Source of the DNA: Oligoflexia bacterium
Lineage (GTDB): Bacteria; Bdellovibrionota; Bdellovibrionia; JABDDW01
Direction of reading: 5' to 3'
Assembly (NCBI GenBank): GCA_020847095.1
Contig: JADLCR010000096.1
Coordinates: 1,127 to 65,126 of the forward strand
DNA length: 64,000 nucleotides
The position numbers and the translations under genes were made by a program. Under the pieces are notes generated by a model, which was not told where the DNA came from, did no database searches, and saw only the letters and a program-made list of their open reading frames with translations. Positions 1 through 9,937 of this stretch are shown one piece after another (position 1 is the stretch's first letter; each line of letters opens with the position of its first letter).

Positions 1-69
1 GACCCTTTCCTACCTAATGCCCCTAGCTCAGGGCTTGAATTTCGACAGAACTTTTTCCGCCGTGATGCT

Positions 70-696
70 GTGTTGAAAGACCGACAACTTGGTAAATGTA
101 TGATCTGCCACGACGGAACAGTTCGAGATGACTGGGATCATCTGTTGCCGTTAACGGGCTATCATCACTCAACAGACAAAAAAGACGTTTCTTGTACTTC
201 ATGTCACAACCCACATCACGGAGCCGTGCCGCTTCCTGGAACAAAACTCAAAAAGGGAAACATTCAAGAAAAGCCCCCATTTCTTATAGATTCTCCGCGC
301 AAGCTTTGTCATAGCTGTCATCAAGAACAGTCGGCCGAATCTACGAATCATCCCCACAAGGATTCTGATGGTTCGTGTCTCGGCTGTCATACACCACATA
401 AAGCGGTAAGCCCTGCACTACTCAAAAAACATGAAGCCGGACTTTGCATTTCCTGCCATAGCAGTCGTGGATTTAGGCACCCGGAAGTATCCAACTTTTC
501 GGACGTTGACCGTGCCAAAAAATTTAAGCTACTCGATGGCGGTATCTCTTGCACCTCGTGTCATTCGGTCCACGGAAGAAGCAGAACTGAAGCTATATTG
601 AAACCAGATGAGCCGCTGCTAAACTTCTGCAGCAGCTGTCACGGCTCCAAATCGCCTAAACTTTTTAATGAGTTTCATCGGAGGGCAAAAAAGTGA
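70..696 (+). CDS. Multiheme c-type cytochrome with at least seven CxxCH sites. The reading frame is open back to position 1, so the gene may be 5'-partial.
   Basis: Seven CxxCH heme-binding motifs in 208 aa (CMICH, CTSCH, CHSCH, CLGCH, CISCH, CTSCH, CSSCH). No stop codon in frame between nt 1 and 70. Confidence 0.75.
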   Translation: MLKDRQLGKCMICHDGTVRDDWDHLLPLTGYHHSTDKKDVSCTSCHNPHHGAVPLPGTKLKKGNIQEKPPFLIDSPRKLCHSCHQEQSAESTNHPHKDSDGSCLGCHTPHKAVSPALLKKHEAGLCISCHSSRGFRHPEVSNFSDVDRAKKFKLLDGGISCTSCHSVHGRSRTEAILKPDEPLLNFCSSCHGSKSPKLFNEFHRRAKK

Positions 697-848
697 ATCC
701 ATTTTGGAAATTGAAAATTGATGAACTCTCCCCGACAAAGCGCTTTACTCTACAAATTGCGGGTGTCCTTCTTGGATTTTTGATCGGTGCCTTTTTGGTC
801 TTCCAAGTATTGTTTTTATGGCGTGTGATCCCCCACGGAGGCATTTAA
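693..848 (+). CDS. Small hydrophobic ORF of 51 aa with a GTG start, wedged between two cytochrome genes. Its start overlaps the upstream stop and its stop lies 3 nt before the next ATG.
   Basis: GTG at 693 overlaps the TGA of the upstream gene. The translation VNPFWKLKIDELSPTKRFTLQIAGVLLGFLIGAFLVFQVLFLWRVIPHGGI contains one predicted TM helix. It is not in the supplied ORF track because of the GTG start. Confidence 0.25.
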   Translation: MNPFWKLKIDELSPTKRFTLQIAGVLLGFLIGAFLVFQVLFLWRVIPHGGI

Positions 849-851
849 GCC

Positions 852-1589
852 ATGATTAAATGGGCGCGATCCCTCAAGCCGCTGTTGATATTTCTTCTTC
901 CCTCTATATTGGCCGGAGTTCTTTTGGGAGCTTATCCTGGGTACAAAATATATGAGTTTGTCTGGAAAGACGCGGGATTTTGTATCAGTTGTCATGTTCA
1001 TGATTATGCCAATGTTGGTTGGGCTGATAGCGTGCACGGAACAACAACCACTTGTCACGACTGTCATCATCAACCCCTTAGAGCCTACATCAAAGAAGCG
1101 TTCATTATGGTTGTCAAACAACCTAAGTTTCCCAAAGATCTTCACCACACACCATATGTGCCACAGAATCTCTGTGCTGCTTGTCACTTAACAAATCCAC
1201 ATGACCGTTCGACGATTACAGGGCCTATGACTGCGGGCGAAGTTGATAAAATTCCCAAGGTTGACCAGTCATACCTACACGATTTTCATCTCAAAAAGAA
1301 AACGGATTTTAAGCTCTTAAACAATTTTGAATTAAGTGAAGGCGAGCGTAATGCAAATCCGGAAGCCGCCAAAGTTTTATCGCAAGAAAAAGGGCCTGAA
1401 CGGCCTATTGTCTGCGCCGATTGTCATGGTGGCCCATCAAACCGTGGACATAACTTTGGCGCCGTCGACACATCCTGCATTCGTTGCCATCAACCGACTC
1501 AACACACACGGATGATTAAGAATTTCGGATGCCGCACGTGTCACTTTCAAGACTTCTTGACACCAATCCCTCATAAAAGGGCTCAGTGA
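852..1589 (+). CDS. Membrane-anchored hexaheme c-type cytochrome, resembling a NapC/NrfH-type quinol dehydrogenase but with six hemes.
   Basis: N-terminal TM helix (LLIFLLPSILAGVLLGAY) and six CxxCH motifs. Confidence 0.75.
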   Translation: MIKWARSLKPLLIFLLPSILAGVLLGAYPGYKIYEFVWKDAGFCISCHVHDYANVGWADSVHGTTTTCHDCHHQPLRAYIKEAFIMVVKQPKFPKDLHHTPYVPQNLCAACHLTNPHDRSTITGPMTAGEVDKIPKVDQSYLHDFHLKKKTDFKLLNNFELSEGERNANPEAAKVLSQEKGPERPIVCADCHGGPSNRGHNFGAVDTSCIRCHQPTQHTRMIKNFGCRTCHFQDFLTPIPHKRAQ

Positions 1590-2239
1590 GTTTTTTTGCC
1601 CTTTAGTTTGGAAGTTGGTTTTCGCTTTTGGTTTGGTGACAGATTTTTCGATTCCTTGACCGAAGGCTTTGGCGTTGGCGTCGGACTAATCCAGCCGAGG
1701 GAAAACGTTCCTTCATGGCAACCTGCACAGCCACCTTCGGGAAGCATTCGCTTGAAATCCGTATGGCAAACAGCACATTTTCCGTCAAAAGTAACCGCCC
1801 ATTCGCCATGGGTGTCTCCATGAGGAAATGCTTTGTGACAATGGTTGCAGCTAATGCCCGAAGTCGGCTTCTCGGCTCCATGACACTTCAGACATGCCGC
1901 TCGCTCGTCAGCCGACAACTTCACAAACTCGGCTCCATGGTTTTGCGGAACAGCCCAAGCCTCATGGTGAGGATAACTCGCATGACAGGTAGCACAGCTC
2001 ACTTTTGACTGACCGCCATCAAACCGACTTCCATGGCAACGAGCACAGAGCATTCGGTCTTCCTTAAAATGGGATCCATGATTGGCTTTGAATTCATCGT
2101 TATGGGGATAAATTTTGGCGGCAGCGACGTTTGTGTCAGATACTGGATTTTCCGGAGTTTTAGAACTCGTTGATTTGTTACAAGCCGACCATACCGTGAC
2201 TAAAACAACGATGACCAATGCCTTTGCCATGTATTTCAC
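1583..2239 (-). CDS. Hexaheme c-type cytochrome lipoprotein.
   Basis: Signal peptide plus lipobox (VTVWSAC) and six CxxCH motifs (CARCH, CATCH, CLKCH, CNHCH, CAVCH, CAGCH). Confidence 0.75.
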   Translation of the reverse strand: MKYMAKALVIVVLVTVWSACNKSTSSKTPENPVSDTNVAAAKIYPHNDEFKANHGSHFKEDRMLCARCHGSRFDGGQSKVSCATCHASYPHHEAWAVPQNHGAEFVKLSADERAACLKCHGAEKPTSGISCNHCHKAFPHGDTHGEWAVTFDGKCAVCHTDFKRMLPEGGCAGCHEGTFSLGWISPTPTPKPSVKESKNLSPNQKRKPTSKLKGKKTH

Positions 2240-2332
2240 TTTGTTCCCCTTTGTATTTCCAGTATATATCTTTGAATAAAACTAGAGAAGCCGCACCATC
2301 CATACTAGTCAAAGGTCGAGAGGCCCAAGGCC

Positions 2333-4027
2333 ATGAATTTTTTAGTGAATCTAAAATCCAATCGCGTTTTCAAATTTATGGCTTCAGTGCGCTTCTCGGT
2401 CCCGCTTATGGTCTTTTTAATAGTAGCCCTTGCCTGGGGCACGATATTAGAAAGTCGTTACCACGCCGATCTGGCTAAGCTTCGCGTATACGACGCCTGG
2501 TGGTTTGAGCTCATCTTACTGTTTCTCTGGCTGAACATCTTGGCTTCGACAATTAATCGATTCAAGGTGACGTTCTACCACTTCGGATTTTTAGTCACAC
2601 ACCTTGGACTCTTAATTTTGCTCGCTTCTTCTGTTGCATCAAACAGACTGGGAATCGATGGATTGCTCATTCTGAGCGAAGGAGGAACTGGAAATACAGT
2701 TCACCTTAATAAAATGGGTCTGCAATTTGTGGATAATTCAGGTGCGAAAATTTCCATTCCAGTGAGCCGCGCCAACGACTTATTGACGCCCTTAAGGCTT
2801 AGCGCCATCAATATGCGCATTAAAGATATCTGGACTATTACTAACTTGATTCCGTTTTCTCAAACTTCTCGGGTAGCAGTGGCATCAACAAACATCACCG
2901 CCAGCACCGGCCCCGCCGTTGAAGTGGAGCTTATCAATCCATTTATTTCTTATAAAGAGTGGCTTCAAAATCCATTGCAGAAATCCATTGACCTCGGCCC
3001 GCTCTACCTCGCGCTTACCGATGTTTCCGATCGATTCAAGTCCACTCTGGGATCTCTGACGGTTTACAACTCGGCCAACGTACCAGAGGCCCGATTTGAA
3101 CTCTTAGAAAACGGTCCCCGAACCTTTCAGCACAAGGGATTAACCATTCGCGTAGACAAGGTTTTAAAAAAGGCCACTGTACTTGAAAAACAGCTCGTCG
3201 AATCCCGAGACTCCGGATCGAACCCGGCAATCGCCATGAGCGTACAGTGGAGTGGCCGCCACTTTAAGGAAAGCCTCTTTGCAGATTTTCCAGACTTTAC
3301 GCTTAACCCTGGGGGATTCGGAGGCTACTCACTACGGTACGAAAAGACGGCCACAGTTCCTCAAGACAAAAACGCACTATTTATTAAAGTGAAGGACTCG
3401 AATCAAGTCGAGATGGTCTATTTTGAAAAGGGCTCCGAAGTAAAAAGGGCCACCGCCAATCTCAATGAAAAATTACTAACACCCTGGATGGGGATGACGG
3501 TGTCCGTTAAGAATATTTTTTCAAACGCTGCCTTTGAATTTGTAGTTAGAGAAGCTCCCCTAGAAGTAAAGGCTTCCCTTCCACCCCCTGCGATTCTCAT
3601 TGAAAACTCCCAAACGAAAGAAAAAAGATGGCTTCAGCCTGGAGATAGATGGAATGAATCTCTATCTTTTGAAAACCAAACAAGGAGTCTCCCGTTTACA
3701 ATTAAACTCCTAAAGTTTATTAAAACCGATTATCCAGGAACTGAAACAGCCAAGAGCTTCGAAAGCGAAGTTGAGCTCAATGATGGATCTCGACATACTA
3801 TTTCTATGAATGAACCTCTTAAAAAAGATGGGTTCACTATCTACCAATCAAGCTTCGGAGAAGATGAGTTCGGAAATCAAACGTCTACTTTTTCGGTCAA
3901 TCAGGACCCCGCTAGGGAAATTAAGTATTTTGGTTCTATCGTTCTTGGCTTGGGAATTATGATTTTCACTTTGAGTCGCAGCCAAAGATTTGGCAAATGG
4001 CTCAAGACTTTGGGAGTTTCCAGATGA
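2333..4027 (+). CDS. ccsB: System II cytochrome c biogenesis protein ResB/CcsB. The start may be the internal Met at about 2378.
   Basis: About 560 aa with an N-terminal TM, a large periplasmic domain and a C-terminal TM (GSIVLGLGIMIFTL), the typical ResB architecture. It lies immediately upstream of ccsA. Confidence 0.75.
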   Translation: MNFLVNLKSNRVFKFMASVRFSVPLMVFLIVALAWGTILESRYHADLAKLRVYDAWWFELILLFLWLNILASTINRFKVTFYHFGFLVTHLGLLILLASSVASNRLGIDGLLILSEGGTGNTVHLNKMGLQFVDNSGAKISIPVSRANDLLTPLRLSAINMRIKDIWTITNLIPFSQTSRVAVASTNITASTGPAVEVELINPFISYKEWLQNPLQKSIDLGPLYLALTDVSDRFKSTLGSLTVYNSANVPEARFELLENGPRTFQHKGLTIRVDKVLKKATVLEKQLVESRDSGSNPAIAMSVQWSGRHFKESLFADFPDFTLNPGGFGGYSLRYEKTATVPQDKNALFIKVKDSNQVEMVYFEKGSEVKRATANLNEKLLTPWMGMTVSVKNIFSNAAFEFVVREAPLEVKASLPPPAILIENSQTKEKRWLQPGDRWNESLSFENQTRSLPFTIKLLKFIKTDYPGTETAKSFESEVELNDGSRHTISMNEPLKKDGFTIYQSSFGEDEFGNQTSTFSVNQDPAREIKYFGSIVLGLGIMIFTLSRSQRFGKWLKTLGVSR

Positions 4028-5622
4028 TTTGCACTCTTTTTACCCTCTTCCTGTCGCTGGGCCTTGCTTCACCCAACCTTTCCAACGACTTTTTGGTTCA
4101 AGCTCAAAAAATTCCCGCAGAACTCCTAGAGGATTTGCCGGTGCAAGACGGTGGGCGCATTAAGCCTCTACTAGCTCTTTCCCAAGAGTCCCTGTTGTTT
4201 CTCACGGGTAAAAAATCTCTGAAAGGCCTTCACCCGATTCAGGCTTATTTGGGACTTACAATCTTTTCTCAAAACAGTGAACTTCCCGTAGTTAACGTGA
4301 GAAATCCTGAAATAAGAAAAAAATTGGGGCTAAAAGAGCTAACGCACTTCTCGGTGGTGGAACTCAACATGATGCCCTTGCGGCAAATGCTCGAACCTAT
4401 CCTAAGAAAAAATAATATGAATGCATCAAATCTCATACCTGAAGAACGAGATTGGATTGAAGTTTATCATCAGGTTTCATTGGCTTCGGCGATCTACTCG
4501 GGCCAGCATTTTTTTAATGCCCTCACGCTGAATCCTGACCAGTCTATGGCCGGCGGACATTTCTTACCAGAGCATCCGTCAAATCCAGCTGCAAAATTTC
4601 TACGAGCCCTTAAAATGGGGGCAGACTTTTCAAATGAAATCAATGAACTCAAAAGCTCCCTGCAAAGCCAAAATATCCCCAGCGAATTTAAAACGCAGAT
4701 CTCTAAGACAAAATTGGAAGTGTTTTACTTGAAGTCCCACTTTTTAGGATGGGCGGCATTTGTCTATTTTATCTTGGGACTCATTCTGGTTTTCAGAGCA
4801 AACAAGACTTCTTTAAAAGTCTGCTGGTTGATTTTAATTCCCTTAGCCCTTCATAGTGCTGCTCTCACCATTCGAGTCGTCATTACTTCGTTTGCCCCGG
4901 TAACCAACATGTATGGAACGATGGTCTGGGTCTCACTTGGGGTTGTCTTGTTTTCACTGATTCCCCTTCTCTTATATAAGCAGAAATGGATAACCGGCAT
5001 CTTGTGGATCGGTGCTGCACTGATCTTGGGAATTACAGATAGCTTTCCATTGGTGTTAAGCCCAAGCATGGATCCATTGGTGGCCGTATTAAGAAGTAAT
5101 TTTTGGCTGTCCACCCACGTTTTGACGATCACGATTTCTTATGCCGCTTTCGCGATCGCAATGCTCGTGGGAAACACCTATCTCATCGGTAGTCAGTTCG
5201 GCCTTTTAACCTTGTCAAAAATTCGTGATCTCGCCCATTTAACTTATCGCATGATTCAACTTGGCGTATTTCTTCTGACGGTCGGAATCATTCTTGGCGG
5301 AGTTTGGGCTGATTACTCTTGGGGCCGTTTTTGGGGATGGGACCCCAAAGAAACCTGGGCTCTCATTGCCGATCTGGGTTACCTCGCCCTTTTGCACGCA
5401 CGGTTTTTGGGTTGGATCCGAGAACGGGGTCTTTTAATCGGTGCCACGGCCAGTTTTTTACTTGTCATCATGGCTTGGTACGGAGTGAATTTCGTTTTGG
5501 CCAGCGGGCTTCATTCATATGGATTTTCATCAGGAGGAGCAACGGCCATGGCGGCCTTTGTCCTCCTGCAACTTGGACTTATTTTTCTGGGTTTACTTAA
5601 GGAGCGGGCTCCACGTACTTGA
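3997..5622 (+). CDS. ccsA: Cytochrome c assembly protein CcsA/ResC carrying about 230 extra aa at the N-terminus. An alternative start is at about 4024.
   Basis: Tryptophan-rich WWD heme-handling motif (VWADYSWGRFWGWDPKETWALI) and multiple TM helices. Partner of ResB in System II. Confidence 0.85.
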   Translation: MAQDFGSFQMICTLFTLFLSLGLASPNLSNDFLVQAQKIPAELLEDLPVQDGGRIKPLLALSQESLLFLTGKKSLKGLHPIQAYLGLTIFSQNSELPVVNVRNPEIRKKLGLKELTHFSVVELNMMPLRQMLEPILRKNNMNASNLIPEERDWIEVYHQVSLASAIYSGQHFFNALTLNPDQSMAGGHFLPEHPSNPAAKFLRALKMGADFSNEINELKSSLQSQNIPSEFKTQISKTKLEVFYLKSHFLGWAAFVYFILGLILVFRANKTSLKVCWLILIPLALHSAALTIRVVITSFAPVTNMYGTMVWVSLGVVLFSLIPLLLYKQKWITGILWIGAALILGITDSFPLVLSPSMDPLVAVLRSNFWLSTHVLTITISYAAFAIAMLVGNTYLIGSQFGLLTLSKIRDLAHLTYRMIQLGVFLLTVGIILGGVWADYSWGRFWGWDPKETWALIADLGYLALLHARFLGWIRERGLLIGATASFLLVIMAWYGVNFVLASGLHSYGFSSGGATAMAAFVLLQLGLIFLGLLKERAPRT

Positions 5623-6187
5623 ACGCACCGACTCCTACAACTTTCCAATCTTGAGGAATGACGAGCACTGGCTGCTCTAATATCTTTTGAACTTCATCAA
5701 AAGTGCCAACCGCCTTTAAATAAGTTCCAGCATACGTCTTACCTTGATCAATACTGAATCCAACATACGCGTAATACCACTTATGCGTAGGTCCTTTGAG
5801 CTTAAACACCATTGTCAGTTGTGTTACAGGAGTGTTCGGGCCAAACGATTGACTACCAGCTGACGCTTCTGGAGTAGGACTTACCACCGGACTGGCACTT
5901 GCCACAGGCGTAGGACTTGGAGTGGGAGCCGCGCAAGAAAAGTCTCCTTCGATGACAGCCTGTTCGGTTGAAGGAAAACTTTGTTTCCCATAAACAGTCT
6001 TATCAGAAGTGACTAAAATCTGCGTTACTTTGCCGCTGTCAAAAAATACTTCAACTTTTCCTACGACACCCTCTTTATGCGTGGCGCCCGGAGCAAAATC
6101 CATTCGGCCCGTGAACTTCACCTGGTCCGCTGCCTGGGCTAAACTAGTGAGTAAGAAAATTTGGATTAGTAGGATTGATGCTTTCAT
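5597..6187 (-). CDS. Hypothetical secreted protein.
   Basis: Signal peptide MKASILLIQIFLLTSLAQA. No recognisable motifs. Confidence 0.5.
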   Translation of the reverse strand: MKASILLIQIFLLTSLAQAADQVKFTGRMDFAPGATHKEGVVGKVEVFFDSGKVTQILVTSDKTVYGKQSFPSTEQAVIEGDFSCAAPTPSPTPVASASPVVSPTPEASAGSQSFGPNTPVTQLTMVFKLKGPTHKWYYAYVGFSIDQGKTYAGTYLKAVGTFDEVQKILEQPVLVIPQDWKVVGVGAFKYVEPAP

Positions 6188-6233
6188 AACGACAGTCCCC
6201 TTTCGTTTTGTTAACGAAAGAGAAATATCACAT

Positions 6234-7568
6234 TTAATTTTTAAATCCCATATCAGAAATAAATAGAATTTTGTCTAATACGGCGGCCACTTGTTGTACT
6301 TCTTCTTGATTCATTTTGATCATCCTGAGCTGGTTTGGTGAGCCCGGGTCAAATAGTCCCATTTGCTGAAGTTCTGGAGGAAGATTAACTTTAACTCCAA
6401 TTTTAGCTTGCTCGACCAAAAACACTCCCCCGCGCAGCAACTCTTGAACTTCCACAAGTTGGGAGATTCTTGGTCCAAATGCCCGAATCAAAATTTGATC
6501 ATGGAGCAGGTTTTCGGCCGTTACCAGAAGAGCACCCGATTCACCATTAGGATTTGCAAGCCAAAGGTATCGGATAAATGATTGATCCTGGCCACTTGGC
6601 AACAAGTCTTCAATGTGCTCGGCCGATTTTATTCCAAAATCGGATTTCGCCCATTGGGTGGCTCTCACTTTTATCAATTCCATTAAGTGCCAGGCCAACT
6701 TCTGTCTGAAAAAGGTGCTTTGGTTCTCACCACGGCTCTTTGACGTCGACAAGAATGACTTAAGTGATTTTTCCAAATCAGAAATGATTTTTCGGTCAAC
6801 ATCACTAAAATTCCGCTCCATTTCACGACTTTTTGCGAGCGCTTCTTCTCTCACTTCTTTCATACTTGGAAGATCTGAGTTTGGTGAGGCGCGACGTTGC
6901 CGTCGCAATATCGCGGCATGAGAGGCGAAGTTCTCGGGCCCTGATCCTTTAATTAAGAATGACTGTCCGTTGCGTTCAAATCCTATGGGCTTTGATCCTA
7001 AAAAATAATATTTTACTCCCGATCTCGTTACGATCGTCTGGTCTGATAGTCGCTTCAAAACTTCAACATCAACCAACTCAAACGCTGACTGAAATTCCCT
7101 TTGAAAAGATACTTTAGTGGTCTGTTTTTTGACGTTTAAATAGTCTTCGACTTTTATTAAGACCCCCTGCCCGCTATCGGCCAATGCAACCTCATCGAGA
7201 ACCAGGGGAATCTTGTTTGTTTTGAGAAAGTTTGATCGAGATTCAGCGTTTTCAAACCGAATCAAAATATACTTTCCTTCGAGGGTCACCTTGAGATAGT
7301 GCCAGCTTTCAACATATGCCTTTGCCCTGATGACATCCGCAGGGGCCTCAAAGTTAATGGCAAAGACCTGATGAGGCTGGGAGATCGATTTGATTTTCCC
7401 TGGAATTAATACGAGATCTCCTTTGATATCAGGAGTAAAATAATAAGGTAGTCCAAGCTTTTGAAGTCCGCCCACACAGAATTTCGATGCTTGGCCTACA
7501 TAACCAGTTAAAAACACTAGATAAAATAGAGTTGCTGTGGCGATCTTCACATCATTAATGTGATGCAA
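6234..7568 (-). CDS. Hypothetical protein with an N-terminal membrane anchor.
   Basis: Long ORF with an N-terminal hydrophobic segment. No recognisable catalytic motif. Confidence 0.5.
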   Translation of the reverse strand: MHHINDVKIATATLFYLVFLTGYVGQASKFCVGGLQKLGLPYYFTPDIKGDLVLIPGKIKSISQPHQVFAINFEAPADVIRAKAYVESWHYLKVTLEGKYILIRFENAESRSNFLKTNKIPLVLDEVALADSGQGVLIKVEDYLNVKKQTTKVSFQREFQSAFELVDVEVLKRLSDQTIVTRSGVKYYFLGSKPIGFERNGQSFLIKGSGPENFASHAAILRRQRRASPNSDLPSMKEVREEALAKSREMERNFSDVDRKIISDLEKSLKSFLSTSKSRGENQSTFFRQKLAWHLMELIKVRATQWAKSDFGIKSAEHIEDLLPSGQDQSFIRYLWLANPNGESGALLVTAENLLHDQILIRAFGPRISQLVEVQELLRGGVFLVEQAKIGVKVNLPPELQQMGLFDPGSPNQLRMIKMNQEEVQQVAAVLDKILFISDMGFKN

Positions 7569-7589
7569 AGTTTAAACCAATAAGTGCCC

Positions 7590-8765
7590 TTATCCCCCCT
7601 TAGAGTGGGCTAGGATTCGCAAATATTCGAGATAATCAAGCTCGCTCGGAAGGCTTCCCGAACGACTTTCGGATCTCAACGATTTCACATAAAGGCTATC
7701 TTCGTATCGATTGTAACAATCCATGGCGATCTTGGTGTGCGGGGCTTTAAAGATACAGGCCTTAAAATAAACTTCGTTCAGATTCCAAAATCGATCTTCC
7801 TGCACACTTTCATAGCATTGCCCTAAGAGATTATAAGCTTCAGCTTCATTTTGTCTGGAGTTTTTTCCTCGGATGTAATCATGCAATAAGCCCGAGGCCC
7901 TTAAAAAAGTGACATAACTCATTTGCTCTTCCAGCAAAGTCGAATGGCGATTGGCCTGACGGATCAACTGCCTTGCCATCACAAGCCCGCTTCCCGAACC
8001 TTTCGTGCCCTGGGACTTCCATTCTGAGATTACGCGCTTCCATTCGAGGGCTCGAGCTTTAACAGACGCAGGGCCTTCAGAAGTCTTTATGGCCAAATCT
8101 AATATTGAATTGGATCTTTCAAAGTCTTGCTTCACTCGCAAAGAAATCGCAAGTGCCCGTCGTAGAGCTTTTTCCCATTCAAAAGGCTTACCCTTGGCCA
8201 ACAGGGGGTCTTCAATCACTGACATGTAAATGCTCAAAGCCCGATCGTATTGGCGCGTTGCTGATAAAAGCTCCGCTTTTTCGATACGAGTTAAAGTTGA
8301 ATAATCATTGACGTCTCTCCATTGGTGAAACTCCGGTCCAAAAGTTCCGCGAGAGTGACACTGAACGCAAAGACTCGTGGCATTTCGAAGTACGGATCGA
8401 GAAAAATCCCGTTGTTTATTGCGTAACCCGTCGAGGGCGGTGGCCATTTCTTTGCTAAATGAAGATACGATCAATTTCATGCTGGGATCAGAATCAACAT
8501 TCTTAAAATCCTTTTCGTGAAGTCCTTTGATTTTAAGAGCAAGTTTAGCCAGCTTTTCGGTTTCACGGTCGATGCGGGCAAAATTGTCTGGGTCATTAAA
8601 TTCTGATTCACTAAAAATGATCGGTGCAAAAGTGTTCATCACGCCGGCAATCTCTTGCATGGTTCCTTGCCATGTTTCGGTGACAGGCGGCTGATCGATA
8701 TCAGCTTTTTTTGATGCCGCGCAGGCCGTAATAAGTGCTGCTGTGATTACAATTAAGAGCTTCAT
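7590..8765 (-). CDS. Lipoprotein with a single CxxCH heme motif, a putative mono-heme c-type cytochrome with a helical-repeat body.
   Basis: Lipoprotein signal (ALITACAAS) and one CVQCH motif. Confidence 0.5.
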   Translation of the reverse strand: MKLLIVITAALITACAASKKADIDQPPVTETWQGTMQEIAGVMNTFAPIIFSESEFNDPDNFARIDRETEKLAKLALKIKGLHEKDFKNVDSDPSMKLIVSSFSKEMATALDGLRNKQRDFSRSVLRNATSLCVQCHSRGTFGPEFHQWRDVNDYSTLTRIEKAELLSATRQYDRALSIYMSVIEDPLLAKGKPFEWEKALRRALAISLRVKQDFERSNSILDLAIKTSEGPASVKARALEWKRVISEWKSQGTKGSGSGLVMARQLIRQANRHSTLLEEQMSYVTFLRASGLLHDYIRGKNSRQNEAEAYNLLGQCYESVQEDRFWNLNEVYFKACIFKAPHTKIAMDCYNRYEDSLYVKSLRSESRSGSLPSELDYLEYLRILAHSKGG

Positions 8766-8872
8766 CGAAGAACTCCTTCAGTGTGGATCAAATCAACTTA
8801 CTCATATCTTGTCACAAAAGCGAGATTACGGGAACACTTGACTTCACATCCTAGTCCCGAGACAACTAAGCC

Positions 8873-9496
8873 ATGAGTGAACAAAGTTCAAAACCGAACC
8901 TCGGCTTTAATTGGGATGATCGCTATGAGGGCTCGGAGTTTTTCTATGGCGATCAACCCAATGACTTTTTGGTGAAGTGCGCACCGCGACTAACAAGCCG
9001 GAGTAAAATACTGTGCTTAGGTGAAGGAGAAGGTCGCAATGCGGTCTATTTAGCAAAATTGGGACATAATGTTACAGCCACGGATCAAAGCGCCCTTGGC
9101 TTAAAAAAACTTGAGACGCTTGCAGAGACTCAACAAGTTAAAGTCGCCACAATTCAATCCGATATTTCTGACTTTGATCTAGGTGAAAAAAAATGGGACG
9201 TCATCGTTTCAATTTGGTTTCATTTGCCTGAGTCTTTGAGAAGACCCATCCATCGCAAGGTCGTCGAGGCGTTAAAGCCCGGAGGCCATTTGATTTTAGA
9301 AGCCTACACTCCAAATCAACTGAAGTACCAATCTGGCGGCCCAAAAGAGATGACCATGTTAATGAGCAAAGACTCCCTCATTCAAGAGCTCAATGGAATG
9401 CGTTTAGAAATTTCTGAGCTTGAGCGTGAAATTCATGAGGGAAAAGGTCATAATGGGTTAAGTGCCGTCGTACAAGTTTTTGGAACCAAAGGTTAA
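8873..9496 (+). CDS. Class I SAM-dependent methyltransferase, TehB/TPMT-like.
   Basis: Motif I-like ILCLGEGEGRNAVYLA and an acidic DxS motif after a beta strand. About 200 aa. Confidence 0.6.
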   Translation: MSEQSSKPNLGFNWDDRYEGSEFFYGDQPNDFLVKCAPRLTSRSKILCLGEGEGRNAVYLAKLGHNVTATDQSALGLKKLETLAETQQVKVATIQSDISDFDLGEKKWDVIVSIWFHLPESLRRPIHRKVVEALKPGGHLILEAYTPNQLKYQSGGPKEMTMLMSKDSLIQELNGMRLEISELEREIHEGKGHNGLSAVVQVFGTKG

Positions 9497-9499
9497 TTC

Positions 9500-9937
9500 A
9501 TGGGCAAAAATCAAAAACTCAATGTCTCCGTATTAACGGCTGACTCCATTATGACCACACAGGTGATCAAGTTTAATCTTCATGTGCGTGTGCGCAAAGC
9601 CATGGAGACTCTTCTTGAGAAAAAAATTAGTGGGGCACCGGTGGTGGACGACAGTGGCAAATTGGTTAGCGTTGTAAGTGAGGCGGACTTAATGCGCTTT
9701 GCTGCTCAAGGGGGACTCGATCACACTTTGGGAGCTTTTAATCACGGGCTGGTTAAGACAAAAGATTTGGTGACCGTTGAACGTCAGGCGCCGTTTAGTG
9801 ATGTTTTTAAAATCTTTATTACAAAGCCAATAAAAAGAATCATTGTCGTAGACGAGGTGGGACGCCTTCAAGGAATCATCGCGCGCAGCGATGTGCTCCG
9901 CGCGTTCTTAGAATCAGAAGATAAACCAAAAGACTAG
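9500..9937 (+). CDS. CBS domain pair protein.
   Basis: Two CBS-like segments (ISGAPVVDDSGKLVSVVSEADL and IKRIIVVDEVGRLQGIIARSDVL). Confidence 0.65.
   Translation: MGKNQKLNVSVLTADSIMTTQVIKFNLHVRVRKAMETLLEKKISGAPVVDDSGKLVSVVSEADLMRFAAQGGLDHTLGAFNHGLVKTKDLVTVERQAPFSDVFKIFITKPIKRIIVVDEVGRLQGIIARSDVLRAFLESEDKPKD

Noticed and set aside
1596-2008. Several ORFs on the + strand and in alternative frames overlapping the hexaheme cytochrome gene
   Set aside because: They are embedded in a well-supported CxxCH-rich gene on the opposite strand.
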